Of a stretch of DNA of 64,000 bases, positions 26,575 through 42,329 are shown one piece after another. Each line of letters starts with the position of its first letter. The stretch's first letter is position 1. Where the stretch lies: NCBI GenBank assembly GCA_951406725.2, contig OX597816.1, forward strand, positions 121,210,001 to 121,274,000, written 5' to 3'. Under the pieces are notes generated by a model. It saw only the letters and a list, made by a program, of their open reading frames with translations, was not told where the DNA came from and searched no databases. Source of the DNA: Octopus vulgaris (Eukaryota). Made by a program: the position numbers and the translations under genes.

Positions 26575-26869
26575 ATAAATAGACGGGAAGAGAGGGGGAG
26601 AGAAAGTGGGAGAAGGAGAGGAAGCGAGTACAAGGCAACAAAGCATTTAGGTATATAAAAACACCACTAGGACACGTTCATGTCACGTACAGAAGAGTGG
26701 GTGGTCACGCATGCGCCTTCATATGTGTGTGTATGTGTGTGTGTGTGTTTGTGTGTGTGTTATGTGTATGTGCAGATACACACACATACGTATACATATA
26801 TGTACATATATGTATCTACATAAATGCGTACATACACCTATATATGCAACCATGTATATGTATATATCT

Positions 26870-26951
<82 letters not shown>

Positions 26952-27599
26952 CTCTATATATATACAGACTTTTGAGTGTGTGTGTGTGCTTATGTGTGTG
27001 CATTTTCAGGGTGCGCCTAGAGGTGGTTACAGCTATAAATAATATCATGCCATGAAATTGGTTAAAAAAAAAAACTATTTCAGCCGGGAAAAAAAATTGG
27101 AGGCTACGGGACATTCAGTCTCTTTTTCTGTAACTATGACATCCTAGGTTGTTTTTTTAAAAATATTTTACCAAAGATTTCACATGCTATTATTTATAGC
27201 TGGATTCACTTCCAGACTCACCCTGCTCATACCTCCTCGAAGCTTCTATATTTTCATTATGCCTATGTATGTGTGTGTTTGTTCGGGTTTGCGCGCGCGC
27301 GCACGTTTGTGTGTGTGTGTGTCTTTTTTCTTTTACTTGTTTCAGTCATTGAACTGCGGTCATGCTGGAGCATTACCTTGAAGGGGTTTTTGTAGAAAAA
27401 AATCGAGTCCAGTTCTTATTTTTTTTAAAGTCTGGTACTTAATCTATCGGTCTCTTTTGCCGAATCGCAAAGTTATGAGGGACGTAAACAAACCAACATC
27501 GGCTCTCAAGCTGAAGTGGGGGGACAAACACACACATACATACTTGCATATATACATACATGCATATATACATACATATGTATATATATACATACAATA

Positions 27600-28365
27600 T
27601 TTCCAAGATTTATGCTTAAGGTATTAACAATGCCAAAAAAAAGCTGGAATTAATAACAACATTTTCAGCTGATATAGGAATGAAACTTGGCCAGAAGAAA
27701 TGTTTCATATTTGATTGTCGATCTGGAGAAATCATTCCCCCAGACACAAAACTTGTACATCAATGGTCTCACTATCTCTCCTGTCCCACACAAAGAATGT
27801 TACAAGTACCTAGGCATTGATGAAAATGTATCATACAAAGGTATTGTGAGGAAGCAACCATACTCAGGGATATGCCAATACAATTAGGTAGGACAACAAG
27901 GCTAATAGGCCGGATATAGTTGTCAGAGATCACCAAGAAAAAAGATGCTTTCTAAGCGATGAATCAATACCAACAAATAACAATGTTTCTTTAAAAGAAA
28001 TGAAGAAACTTTCAAAATACAATGATCGGGAAATAGAGGTAACCCGATTGTAGGGACTAAAAACAGAAACAATTCCTATCATAGTAGGCGCATTAGGAAT
28101 GATAAAAAAATATTCAGACAAATACATAACAAAAATACCAGGATTAACAAGTATAACACACAGAAAATAGCACTACTAGACACCGCACACATCCTACGTA
28201 AAACACTTTCAATACAGTAAAAATAAGAGCATCATAAACCACAGCATATACTCAAGGCACATTACAGTAAAAATGAGAACATTACAACAAACCACAGCAC
28301 ATACCCAAGGCACACAGAACTGCGCTCGGTAGTGCAGTAAAGGCACATGATAAAAATAAGACTAA
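27600..28365 (+). mobile_element. Degraded R4/Dong-type fragments (RT end joined to family-1 endonuclease and 3' UTR)
   Basis: FSADIGMKLGQKKC..CYKYLGI, then ANRPDIVVRDHQEKRCFL..TETIPIIVGALGMIKKYSDKYI; the 3' UTR matches the reverse complement of 23234-23330. Confidence 0.85.
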
Positions 28366-28367
28366 AA

Positions 28368-28812
28368 GGATGGGCTACAACGAATATTCTGCTCAGTACC
28401 GCAGATTTGCTTGCCAGTTGTTTGACCTTAACCAGTTGAGCATGACCCTTAGTGGATGATAATATGTGCTTCTCTAATCACAAGCAGAAGTAGTGGGGGA
28501 GCATCATAGCCATGTGTTGAGAGGAATTCTTGGTGGTTTGGATAATTCACCTTTGAAAACATGGGTGGTTCGTTCAACATCCTTAAACAATCCTTATTCA
28601 GGGACCTTTTGATCGGGATGGGCTACTCGACAGAAGAAAATTCTAACTGGGGCCCCACCTGCAAGGTCATGCGCACATATGGTTGTCGCACACATATGGT
28701 TGTGATGCATGTACCTGGTGTACCTTTATCAGACGGTAGTCATGATGGGTATACTGGGCTTCGTATATTTTACCCCAGTGTCACTTTGATGGCATGCACT
28801 GCTCTCTCACTC
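28368..28812 (+). mobile_element. Unclassified repeat family D, ending in (AAT)n
   Basis: Homologous to 12176-12468; followed by about 165 bp of (AAT)n. Confidence 0.7.
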
Positions 28813-28828
28813 AATAATAATAATAATC

Positions 28829-28978
<150 letters not shown>

Positions 28979-28994
28979 TTGACCCAATGCCAAC

Positions 28995-29341
28995 ATGTTT
29001 AGGAGAGGGGTAGGTCGGTTACATCGACCCCAGGCCTCAATTGGTATTTTTTTTATCCTCCGAAACGATGAAAGTCAAAGTCGATCTAAAGACAAACGAA
29101 ATGCCGCAGATCATTTTGCTCGGTATGCTAATGATTCTTTTCTACTCTAGACACAAGGCCCGAAATGTTTTTTGAGGAGGAGGCCAGTCGATTAGTACGC
29201 AACTGGTACTTAATTTATCAACCCCGAAAGGATGGAAGGCAAAGTCACCCTCCGCGGAATTTGAACTCAGAACGTAAAGACTGTCGAAATGCCGCTAAGC
29301 ATTTAATAAGGCGTTCTAGCGATTCTGCTAGCTCGCCGCCT
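28995..29341 (-). mobile_element. Two tandem SINE family B copies
   Basis: Two successive reverse-complement matches (about 28995-29135 and 29135-29341). Confidence 0.75.
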
Positions 29342-29624
29342 AATAAGAATGATGACGATGATGATAATGATCATGATCATGATGACGACGGCGATGGTTT
29401 CTGGATATTCACTTTCGTTCTGGCCTTACAATTCATTGTCCTTAGTCAACCATATAATTTTCTTGTTTGATTGCAAACCTCAACACACCCAGAACTTTAA
29501 CACCACCTCATCCACTCCTCGATCATTGCGACTTCTCAGCGAGTTAACTACTTGTTGCTCTACTTCACGCACACACTTGTGGCGGATATCCACTTCTTGG
29601 GTGTGTCTACTAATGAATACATAC

Positions 29625-29693
<69 letters not shown>

Positions 29694-30081
29694 TGTATAT
29701 ATTATGTGTGCATGAATGAATGTATGTATCTACGTATATAAAAAGACAGAAAACTTTATTGTATTCTCTGCTTAAGCTAAAGGCATTGTGGCAACTGTTA
29801 AATATACTTTTACTGTTTATCATGATACAAAACAACAAACGCGGCACCGATATTTATTTCATTGCAAAGCTGTTTATTCCTGCTGTTTATTAGATACTTG
29901 ACAGCTATTTTCTTTTTTTTTTCTTTCTTTTTCTTTTTTCTTTTTTTTTTGCTTGTTTGTTTTCTATGTGCTTTATTTTTTCTTCTTCTCCAAGCAATTA
30001 ATCTTAACACTCTCTGATGTATTAAATGCCTTCTCATCTTTAATATGTTTTTCGTTGTATGTATTAGGGTGTGCGTGCGTG

Positions 30082-30144
<63 letters not shown>

Positions 30145-30149
<5 letters not shown>

Positions 30150-30379
30150 AGTTAAGAATCTTCTTTTGCAACCACTTGATTTCGAGTTCAGTCTCACTGT
30201 GCCTTACTTTGGGCAAATGTCTTAAGCTGTATACCACCGGCTTCCACACAGTTTCTAGCAAATTCACTCAATGCGCTTGTTCGGCCCGAGGCTATAGTTT
30301 AAGATATTTGGCAAAAGTGATGCACAGTGAGACTGAACATGAAATCAAGTGGTTGCAAAAGTAGAATCTTAGCTACCTC
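30145..30379. repeat. Inverted pair of SINE-A heads forming a hairpin
   Basis: 30145-30230 is a near reverse complement of 30295-30379. Confidence 0.8.
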
Positions 30380-30542
30380 TCTATCTCTCTTTTCTCTCCC
30401 TCTCTTTCTCTCTCTCTCTTTCTCCCTCTCTTTTTTTCTCTCTCTTTCTTCTCTTCCTCTCTTTCTCTCTCTCTCTCACACACACACACACATATATATA
30501 TGCATGCACACGTACATGCATACACGCACACACACATGTAAT

Positions 30543-30755
30543 ACTCTTTTACTTGTTCCAGTCATTTGACTGCGGCCATGCTGGAGCACCGCCTTTAATC
30601 AAGCAACTCGACCCCGGGACTTATTCTTTGTAAGCCCAGTACTTATTCTATCGGTCTCTTTTGCCGAACCGCTAAGTAACGGGGACATAAACACACCAGC
30701 ATCGGTTGTCAAGCAATGCTAGGGGACAAACACAGACACACAAACACACACACGC

Positions 30756-30807
<52 letters not shown>

Positions 30808-30958
30808 GACGGGCTTCTTTCAGTTTCCGTCTACCAAATCCACTCACAAGGCTTTGGTCGGCCCGAGGCTATAGTAGAAGACACTTGCCCAAGTGGGAGT
30901 GAACCCGGAACCATGTGGTTGGTAGACAAGCTACTTACTACACAGCCACTCCTGCGCC
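30543..30958 (-). mobile_element. SINE family A, near full length
   Basis: Reverse-complement match to the 32882 copy. Confidence 0.92.
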
Positions 30959-31257
30959 TATGTAGATAAATACACACGTAATGTAGATAAATACACACAT
31001 ACATGCAAACACACTATGCACACGTACACACACACACACACACACATACTTACATTTCACCTCTGCAACAATGACATTTTCATTATAATTCTTCATCATT
31101 GCTGACTCCCCCACCCCAGGCATTTGCACCCAATCAATCTCTTACAGCAGGGCATCGCTTGATTCGAATGTTTTCAAGCGCTCATCCCACGTTCTCTACA
31201 CTTCAGCTTTGGTGAGCCAAATATTTTCCATACGAGTCACATGTATCATCAAATATA

Positions 31258-32529
31258 CAGGGATTGGACAAAATTATGGAAACACCTTAAAATTTCAAAC
31301 AAATTAATTTTAATATGGGGGAGGACCGCCTTTGGCAGTAAATACAGCTTGAATTCTTCGAGGTATGGACTCGTACAAAGTTTGAATTGATTCCAAAGGA
31401 ATTTTTGTCCATTCTTCAGCTAAAATAGTCTCCAGTTCTTATAGTGATGATGGTGGAGGATATCGACTCCTTACTTGTTTTTCTAAAATGTACCATAAAT
31501 GTTCAAAAATATTGGGACTGTGGTGGCCAGTTAAGATGTTCAACTTCACTAGAATGTTCCTCGTGCTATCCAGTAACAAGTTTAGCTGTTTGAATTGATG
31601 CATTATCATCCTGAAAGATTGCGTTTCCCTCCGGAAACAGTTCCGCGACCATAGGATGAATTTGATCAGATAAAATGCTTAAATAGTCTTGACTATTAAT
31701 TCTGCCATGAATGGAAACCAATAGGCCAACGGATTTCTGAAATGTACCCCCCCCCGCCCCGCCAGATCACCACAGATCCTCCTCCATGTTTAACAGTTGG
31801 AAGAACGCAGTCTGGGTCCCATGCTTCTTTTGGATGTCTTCACACGTATACTCGGCCGGTAGTCGGAAATAAGGTAAAGGATGACTCGTCCGAGAAAATA
31901 ACATTCTTCCACGGCTCTAGGGACCAATTTTGTAAGTTTTTACTCCACTTTAAACGCTTTGCAACGTTTGTTTTTGAAAGTAGTGGTTTTCTGATTGCAG
32001 CACTCCCGTGAAATCCGGATTTGTGCAGCTCCCGGCGAACAGCTTTTGTGGACTGGGTTCTCGTGGTGGTCATTCAGTTCTGCAGTAATTTTGGGAGCTG
32101 TACTTTTGTGATCCTTTCTAACAATTCACGTAATAGTCCGACGGTCCCTATCTGAAAGTTTTGGTTTACTTCCGGAGTTTTGTTTCGACGAGGAGATTTT
32201 TCCCTCTTTCTCAAAGGCTGTCATTACTTTCGTGACAGTACTTTTTGATACACTAAACATTTCGGCTGTTTTCGTTACACTCGCGCCTGCCATACGAACA
32301 CCAACAATTTGACCTCCTTGAAAGTCCGATAGATCTGTCATTTTAATGAATTTTAATTACCTTTTTCTGATTATATCTGAAAAGAAACAGCAATTTTAGC
32401 TAAACATATTAAGCAACACTAATAATAAATCAAAAAACATAAAAATAAACAAGCTTTTGACGGTTTTATAGATATTTCAAAATTTGATGGTATGATGCTA
32501 GGTGTTTCCATTATTTTGTCCAACCCCTG
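31258..32529 (-). mobile_element. Full-length decayed Tc1-type DNA transposon (1272 bp)
   Basis: TIRs CAGGGATTGGACAAAATTATGGAAACACCT / CAGGGGTTGGACAAAATAATGGAAACACCT (2 of 30 mismatched), TA on both flanks, transposase remnants inside. Confidence 0.96.
31310..32341 (-). pseudogene. Tc1 DDE transposase pseudogene
   Basis: N-terminal HTH-like MTDLSDFQGGQIVG..AEMFSVSKSTV, WKNVIFSDES, IFQDDNA, WPPQS, EHLW, AKGGPPPY*; frameshifts and stops. Confidence 0.93.
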
Positions 32530-32539
32530 TATGTTCAAT

Positions 32540-32755
32540 TCTGGCAGAACTGATCTAGTACTAGGCATGGTCTCCTGGTTGGAGATGATCATGGATGCAC
32601 ATATCACGGCACTTCTTAGAGGATTTTAGCCTAGATAGGTTTCACCAGCCATTTATTCATACTTGAGCGTGGATATACATTCTACATATCACAGTATCTG
32701 CCATGATCTCAAGTGCAGCCCTCACAAAGATTGCAAATAACGTTGGAATGAGTGT
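32540..32755 (-). mobile_element. Possible degraded RTE-clade reverse transcriptase remnant
   Basis: Minus-strand LIPTLFAIF..NLSRLKSSKK resembles the RTE RT motifs LAPTLF.IF and FNL.RL.AK.K. Confidence 0.4.
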
Positions 32756-32764
32756 AGACTTCGG

Positions 32765-33858
32765 TAGTGGCAGATCGTAGATAAAATTAGTGTGGGGGTG
32801 CTACTTCAGAAAATTTTTTAGCCCTTGTTTTAATATTGTGTAAAAGGAAACAAACACATAAAGAAAATTTATACATAAACAGGCGCAGGAGTGGCTGTGT
32901 GGTAAGTAGCTTGCTAACCAACCACAGGGTTCTGGGTTCAGTCCCACTGCGTGACATCTTGGGCAATTGTCTTCTGCTATAGCCGCGGGCCGACCAATGC
33001 CTTGTGAGTGGATTTGGTAGACGGAAACTGAAAGAAGCCTATCGTATATATGTATGTGTGTGTTTGTGTGTCTGTGTTTGTCCCCCTAGCATTGCTTGAC
33101 AACCGATGCTGGTGTGTTTACGTCCCCGTCACTTAGCGGTTCGGTAAAAGAGACCGATAGAATAAGTACTGGGCTTACAAAGAATAAGTCCCGGGGTCGA
33201 TTTGCTCGACTAAAGGCGGTGCTCCAGCATGGCAGCAGTCAAATGACTGAAACAAGTAAAAGTGTAAAAGTGTAAACTTGATCTCGCGTTTTAGCCACTG
33301 TCGGGGAGTGTGTTTAATTTACTCACTGAACACCACTGCGAATTACCCCTTATTTTAAAAAAATCCCCCCCTAAATCACAAAATAAGCGGGGAAATGAGC
33401 CCTATTTTTCAAATCCTGGCAGCAACACATAGCTGGAAGCAGGATTATTTAATTCTACACTTTATCACATTCAAGCATATAAACACATTTTTAAGCACAA
33501 CACACGCAGAGTCAAAAAGAAACACCAGCACATCGGGGTCAGTACTGCGTGAATGACTGTGCTTTCTCTGTCTGTCTCTCTCTCTCTCCTTAGCGTGAAG
33601 CTTCCTATCTCGGACATGTGAGAATGTGCACGACAGTCAAATACCGCATCGCTGGAACCGTGAAGCGCACACTTCTATACGAGGAATTTTGTATTTTTTC
33701 ATAAACTAGGAGATGGCTACGGACATTAAGTTTAAGGATTATATAATGAAGAAAGAATTAAAGAAAAAAAGGACTCATTATATTGAATGTCATCGATAAT
33801 ATCGAGTTGAAATAGGGGGTGCTGCATTTCCGCAGCGCCTATACACGAGCCGCCACTG
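32765..33858. mobile_element. Probable non-autonomous hAT-type element containing a SINE
   Basis: Termini TAGTGGCAGATCGT / CAGTGGCGGCTCGT (reverse complement of right end); GGGGGTGCT subterminal motifs at both ends; flanks gacttcgg / aaactcgg resemble a decayed 8-bp duplication. Confidence 0.5.
32882..33276 (+). mobile_element. SINE family A, full length
   Basis: Complete head, body and tail with a short internal microsatellite. Confidence 0.93.
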
Positions 33859-34404
33859 AAACTCGGCATTATTCTATGAAAAAACGGTAAGTCGAACTGT
33901 TGCTCCTAAGAGAGATAATGACAGGCAGATCATCGTGGAATTGTCGTCCCTCTCTCCTTGGTGGCAAACAACTGTGCTATCGACTTCTCCATTTCTTCAG
34001 AGTAAATTCTGGAGAAAATAATTGCTCTGACAACTGTAAAAAGTGTTACCACGGATTTGCTCTTGAAAGCCGGAATGACTTTCCTTGTTTGGATGCACCA
34101 AATTCGCGATTTTATATCTTTTGACAAATTCTGGAAAAGACTATCATCATTATCGTCGTTTTCCCACATAAGCACATACACATATACCTACATATACATA
34201 CATACACATTCCTAAACATACATATATACGTACTATACACACATGTTTGTATAGATACATGCATCTCTCTCTCTCTCTCCCTCTCTCTCCCTCTGTCGTT
34301 CTCTCTTCCTCTATACATACACACACGCATACATAAATACACATATATATATACATCCATATTACATACTGCCGGAAGTTACTGTCACTGATACGACTGA
34401 TGAG

Positions 34405-34479
<75 letters not shown>

Positions 34480-34811
34480 CATCTCTCTATCTGTGTCTGT
34501 CTGTCTAACTCTCAGTTTGTCTGACTGTCTGTCTGTCTGTCAACATACATGTGTCTGTTTGCATATGTGTATGTTATATGTGTGAGCGCGGGTGTGCGTG
34601 TATGTGTGTGTGTGTGTGGGGGGGTACGCGCGTACCTGTTTCTGCATGTTGATATAAACATACACATTTACATATGTATATTCACACAATCTTTCTCCTG
34701 CTCGAATCTCTCAGACTTTCGTATGTATTTCTGTCTCTCTCTCACCCACCCCTAACCATCCCTTTATCTCTCTCACCACACAAACTCACACACACACGCA
34801 CACAAACAACA

Positions 34812-34854
<43 letters not shown>

Positions 34855-35589
34855 CCCTTTCTCTTTCTCTGACACACATAGACATGTACAACCACTACAT
34901 TCATGTGTGTACGTGATAAGGGATGTATCTCCATATGTATTTATCTATATGTCTACCTACCTATCTAATTATATATGTATTTATGTCTGCTCTTTATTCT
35001 TAACACTTTTTTAATGTCTGTAGTCGGTCTGAACAAAAGTATAAGTCTATTTTACTGGATGTCAGACAGCAGTAATTGTCAAATGTTAAAGCTTTGTAAA
35101 AATTTCTGTAGATTTCCACTGTCCCGTTGATGGACTGTCTTCGCCGAATTTGGGTTAACCATCTCTGTCGATTCCGTGAGAAAATCAGTTCCTCAAGGTT
35201 AATATATGCATATTTAGCAGGGCGACTAAGTGCAGCTATGATCTATCCAAAGATATTGTAACTGTTATTCTAATGCTGAACTATAGTCGTTACTTACTGC
35301 CGCTTCCATTTCGTACATGGAAAAAATTTCTCGCGTTTTTCTTTTTCGTCTATATTTTTCAATATCATAAAAACTGCATCAACTGTATAAATGAATGAGC
35401 TTCATAATGGTTCACCACCAGTGCATCCCGACGTAGGTGATCCTACACTGAAGTATGCAGGGAAGATCCATTAGGGATTCCAGCCCTATCCATTGTAGTG
35501 TAATGGTATTCAGCTAGATCGCCTGGTGGATCTAGCTGAACTGGATGCTGCTTAACGACGTATCCAGGATCTTGCCAGTGAGATACCAA

Positions 35590-35945
35590 TAACAAAAAAG
35601 GATTGGAGAACTTTCTCACTGTAAAGATCTGCAAATTGAAATCACAAAAATGTGGAAGCTTAGTACTACAATAACACCAGTAGTAATTGGGGATGATAAA
35701 AAAAGGGAGCTGAGAAGTACATTAAGCAACTCCCTGGTAACTCCAGTTTCCGTGAACTACAAAAAATAACCTTGATGTGTACAGCCCATATGCTACGGAA
35801 GGCACTCTCCATCTAAAATGAAATAAATGAGGTGATAATTTTCGCATGCATAGCAAAACGAAAGTACCCTTGCTGCTCTTGGCCTCCGGAGGATGCCCGG
35901 TACTAAGGCAGCTGAAATAAAGTTATAATGAAAGGAAACCATAAA
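35590..35945 (+). mobile_element. R4/Dong-type 3' fragment (family 5)
   Basis: KDLQIEITKMWKLSTTITPVVIG..MIKKGAEKYIKQLPGN..LQKITLMCTAHMLRKALSI*, then a 3' UTR and a degenerate (AAT/GAT)n array. Confidence 0.85.
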
Positions 35946-36307
35946 TAATAATGATGATGATGATAATAATAATAATAGTAATAACAACAACAACAATTTT
36001 GGCACAAGGCCAACATGTTTGCTATTGCAATGTGAGGGAGTAACATGCTTCCGCCTATTCTGCAGCTTTTATTGATTTATATTACATCAACGCAGCACTA
36101 GCATACGAAGTTAAGAGTAGTTATTATTTTGACAACGTTTTACCCTATGAGTGCGTGCTGAACAATGAAGTAATTACTGAATATAACATGTATTTCATAT
36201 TTATATTACAAAACCGAAATGATCAATATTTGGAATGTCATTAAACTGAAATATGGGGATAGAAATTTTGAATTAATTTCGAAATTTCTTGTAAATACTT
36301 GAAATTC

Positions 36308-36392
<85 letters not shown>

Positions 36393-36395
36393 TAT

Positions 36396-36640
36396 TGTCT
36401 TTGCACAGCTTCTAACGCTGGAGATGTACTGGAGTGTCAGCTGTTCACTACCAGTGAACGAAGGTAACACCTCTTATTTTTCGAGCACCTTCCGGAGTAT
36501 TCGAGCGGTTCCAAGCAGTGCTGTTTACAGCAAGTGCTCCACCCTTATTGCAGCCCCTATTTGTTCCACGTACCTCTCGAGATTTTTACTCACTGTTCCC
36601 AGGGATCCGACAATTATTGGTACTATTGCTACCTTTTTCA
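36396..36640 (-). mobile_element. R4/Dong family 3 3' fragment inserted in (TAA)n
   Basis: MKKVAIVPIIVGSLGTVSKNLERYVEQIG; matches 13230-13468; arrays on both sides. Confidence 0.9.
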
Positions 36641-36663
36641 TTATTATTATTATTATTATTATT

Positions 36664-38543
<1,880 letters not shown>

Positions 38544-38781
38544 TATCATCATCATCATCATCATCATCATCATTTGTATTGACAGAGCAGTGGATGGTAG
38601 ACGTTTTAGAGTATCAGACAAAAGCAGATTGTGGCATGGACGTAAACTGCTTTTCGTTCTGAGTTCAAATTTCGCCGAGGTCATCTTTTTCTTTCCTCCT
38701 TTCTAGGTCGATAAAATACAATACTAGTAATGTGCCAGTCAATTGTATCTGCTAGTCTCCTCCGTTAAAATTATTGCCCTT

Positions 38782-38965
38782 GGTGGTGAGCTTGCAGGAT
38801 CGTTAGCGCGTCCGACAAAATGCTTAGCGGCATTTCTTCCAGCTCTTTACATTCTGAGTTCAAATTCTGCCGAAGTCGACTTTGCTTTTCATCTTTTCGG
38901 GTCTACCAGTTGAACACTGTGGTCGAAGTAATCGACTTAATTACTCCTCGGAAATTACTGGCCTT
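38782..38965 (+). mobile_element. SINE family B (preceded by a second degenerate copy at about 38590-38780)
   Basis: Homology to 4533-4745. Confidence 0.75.
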
Positions 38966-39490
38966 TAATGTTTCTTGGTGTTAAAAATATGTTAAACAGT
39001 TTTCAATTGACTTTGTAGCTTTCTTCAATCCTTCTTTAAACTTCTGCTTCACTTTTACCGCTTTCTGTTTGCATATTCTCCGAGTATCTTTGGTGTCTGT
39101 TTAATTTTTGTGGTTGTTGTTCCTTCTTGATTGCTATTTTTGCGAGTAAAACCCTCACCAACGAAACAAGTTGTTTTTTAGGAGTAGAAAAATATTCAAA
39201 AATATGCAAAAATAAGTTCACATGCCACTAGGAAACTACTATACTGATTTTTCCAGTACTTCTTTTGTTGCTTTTTAAACTAAATTAGCTTGTGTTTACT
39301 GGTTAGAGTCAGTGATAAAATGTTTTATCACCGGACGTTTCGTTACCTGCAAACATAAGTTATTTTAGCGTTTAAATTTAACTTTTACCTCTACTGTTAT
39401 TTCTTTCAGCCAAAAGTTGTGGACATTCTAGGATACCGCTATTGGTGTGACTATTAGTTTATTTGATCTTCACAACTCTGTCTGTCTGTA

Positions 39491-39570
<80 letters not shown>

Positions 39571-40248
39571 TCTAGTGAATGAAGGAACTGGACAACGTCA
39601 ACCTCGTTTACATTTCTTGCCCTGATGTGAGTTCAGAAAAATTTGTCTATGTTTCTTTTTAATACAATCACCTTTACGGCATGAAGAACTCTGGGCTTCT
39701 ATTTTCCTTTTTTTTTTTCTTACAAACTATTGAAAGCTGTTGAAATCCCAACCTGCTGCTCTATTGGGTTCCTACTCTCGTAAAATGAAAATAAAGTGGT
39801 AAAATAATGTTCTTTTTGCAGAAGAAGCGTATCGGACAGCAGACCAATTCGACAAAATCTTCAAGAACCAGTTACAGAATACAGATGTGGGAAACATATC
39901 TTGCCTTAGCTATTTATTCTCTCGTTTTATCTTACGATCTTCCTTCCTTTTTAGTATCTATTTTTCTCTTATCGTCTATTCAGTTTTTATATTTTGTCCA
40001 TCTGTACTTTGCTTTATCTCTGTACGGCCTTTCCTCGCTCTCGCTCTTTATCTTTCTTTCACACACCTTCACTATCAATTTCTATTCTTTTCCAAAAAGC
40101 AACACATGATCTTTCTGCTTTTCAAGCTACCCATTTTTTTTTACATTGGTCAGTTGCTTTTCTTTTCTTTTTTTTTTTTTTTCAGCTCCTGGTTTGTATT
40201 TTTTAAAAGAATTTTAAAAAGATCGGGAAGAGGTTAATACTATTTATA

Positions 40249-40410
40249 GGCGCAGGAGTGGTTGTGTGGTAAGTAGCTTGCTTACCAACCACATGGTTCC
40301 GAATTCAGTCCTACTGCGTGGCACCTTGGGCAAGTGTCTTCTGCTATAGCCTTGGGCCGACCAAAGCCTTGTAAGTGGATTTGGTAGACGGAAACTGAAA
40401 AAGCCCGTCA
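40249..40410 (+). mobile_element. SINE family A, 5' half ending at the internal (TA)n
   Basis: Head and body match the other copies; the 3' half is absent. Confidence 0.88.
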
Positions 40411-40626
40411 TATATATATATATATATATATTGGCGTTTGTTTGTTGTGTCCGCTTATTTATACCCCAGCAACGTATGTATGATACAACAAGATTAAACA
40501 TTACTATTGGAAGTGTAGAAATTGTGATAATATTTGGTTGATTACTGATGAGGGAAGGAGCATGTCCGTGTTCAACGCGTTTGCTTTTTTCCTCGTTTTA
40601 CCGTATGTTCTTTCATCATACTCCTG

Positions 40627-40727
<101 letters not shown>

Positions 40728-40979
40728 TACACACACACAGACACACACATACACATACACACACATAGGCACAGACACACATTACAGAGTCCGAGAAAAC
40801 TAGTGGTGATCTGCGTCGACGTAAAATAATAAAAAATAGGAATCATTTAGTAAAGGTCGCAAATCTCGTTCGTATGCGATGGGTAGACAAGAATACTAAT
40901 GTTTCCACCAAAATACTTATGCTGAAAAAATACTCAAACACGCAAACATACACACGTATAGATAGATATGTACACATAC

Positions 40980-41059
<80 letters not shown>

Positions 41060-41352
41060 TTACATATATACACACACATACAGACATACAGACATATATG
41101 TATATATACTCTTCTCTCTTTCCCTCACACACAGACACTCACTCACACTCACACGCACACATTCACACACACACACACGCATGAAGGTGGTATATCATTG
41201 TATCCCAATGGACTTTTGAAAATTTTGATGAAAAGAAAACAGAAAAAATAATAAGGCTTTTCAATATCGTTTGTTTGTGTCAGCGAACTATATTTGACCT
41301 ATAGTCTATGCTGCTTAACCTTTGAAAAGAGCAGGTCGTACTTACTCACACA

Positions 41353-41436
<84 letters not shown>

Positions 41437-42329
41437 CACACATACAAACATACACGCACACGCATACACACATAGGCACACATACGCGCACATACATATG
41501 TACGCACAAATACATATACATACATAATGCATTCATACATATATGTGCGTGCGTGTGTATGTGTGTGTGTGAGTGTGTGTGTGTGTGTATGTGTGTGTGT
41601 GTGTTTGAGTGAGTGAGTATGTGTGTGTGTATATAATCACAGAGAGCATGCAGGTACATACACGCATAGAAATGTATTTTTATGCCTCTATGAACGTTTC
41701 TTTAAAAAATCTTTTTTACAATGGGTATGAACCAGTTTGTGTATGTGTATGTGTATTTCGACATCAAACATGTTTATATCTAAATAGACATTCACAAACA
41801 TAAACACACATACCCGCGCACACACACACACATACACACGTATGCATTCATAAAACATGCGTACATACACACATCCATCCATACACATATGTATACATAC
41901 ATGTATGTATGTATGTATGTATGTGCATATATATACATACACATATATATAGAGGCAGTAGTGCAGGTAAACACAATTAGCCTTGGCATATTTATGTATA
42001 CACACATATATCTACACATATCCAGAGACAAACACACACACTCACACACACACATGTACACACGCATACACACGCACACTCACATATACACACGCGCGCA
42101 CACACACATACACACACACATATATATATTTATATACATGCGCATACATATACAGGTATACTTGTTTGGGACACAAAAATACATAAAATATGAAGAAGCT
42201 ATGTATGTCTTTACTCGACAGCTCTTTCATGAAACTCAGAGTTACGTAATAATCATAATAGCCATAATTTGCATATGAAACATTCAAAAGAGTCATGGGT
42301 GTGCAACCTGTAACCAGTCACATGAAGAT

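Noticed and set aside
39320-39360. Minus-strand AACGAAACGTCCGG hammerhead 3' half
   Set aside because: The 5' core is missing and there is no supporting copy in the window.
42185-42250. GAAACTCAGAGTT with an upstream stem, resembling the 47002 motif
   Set aside because: No CTGANGA core is present.
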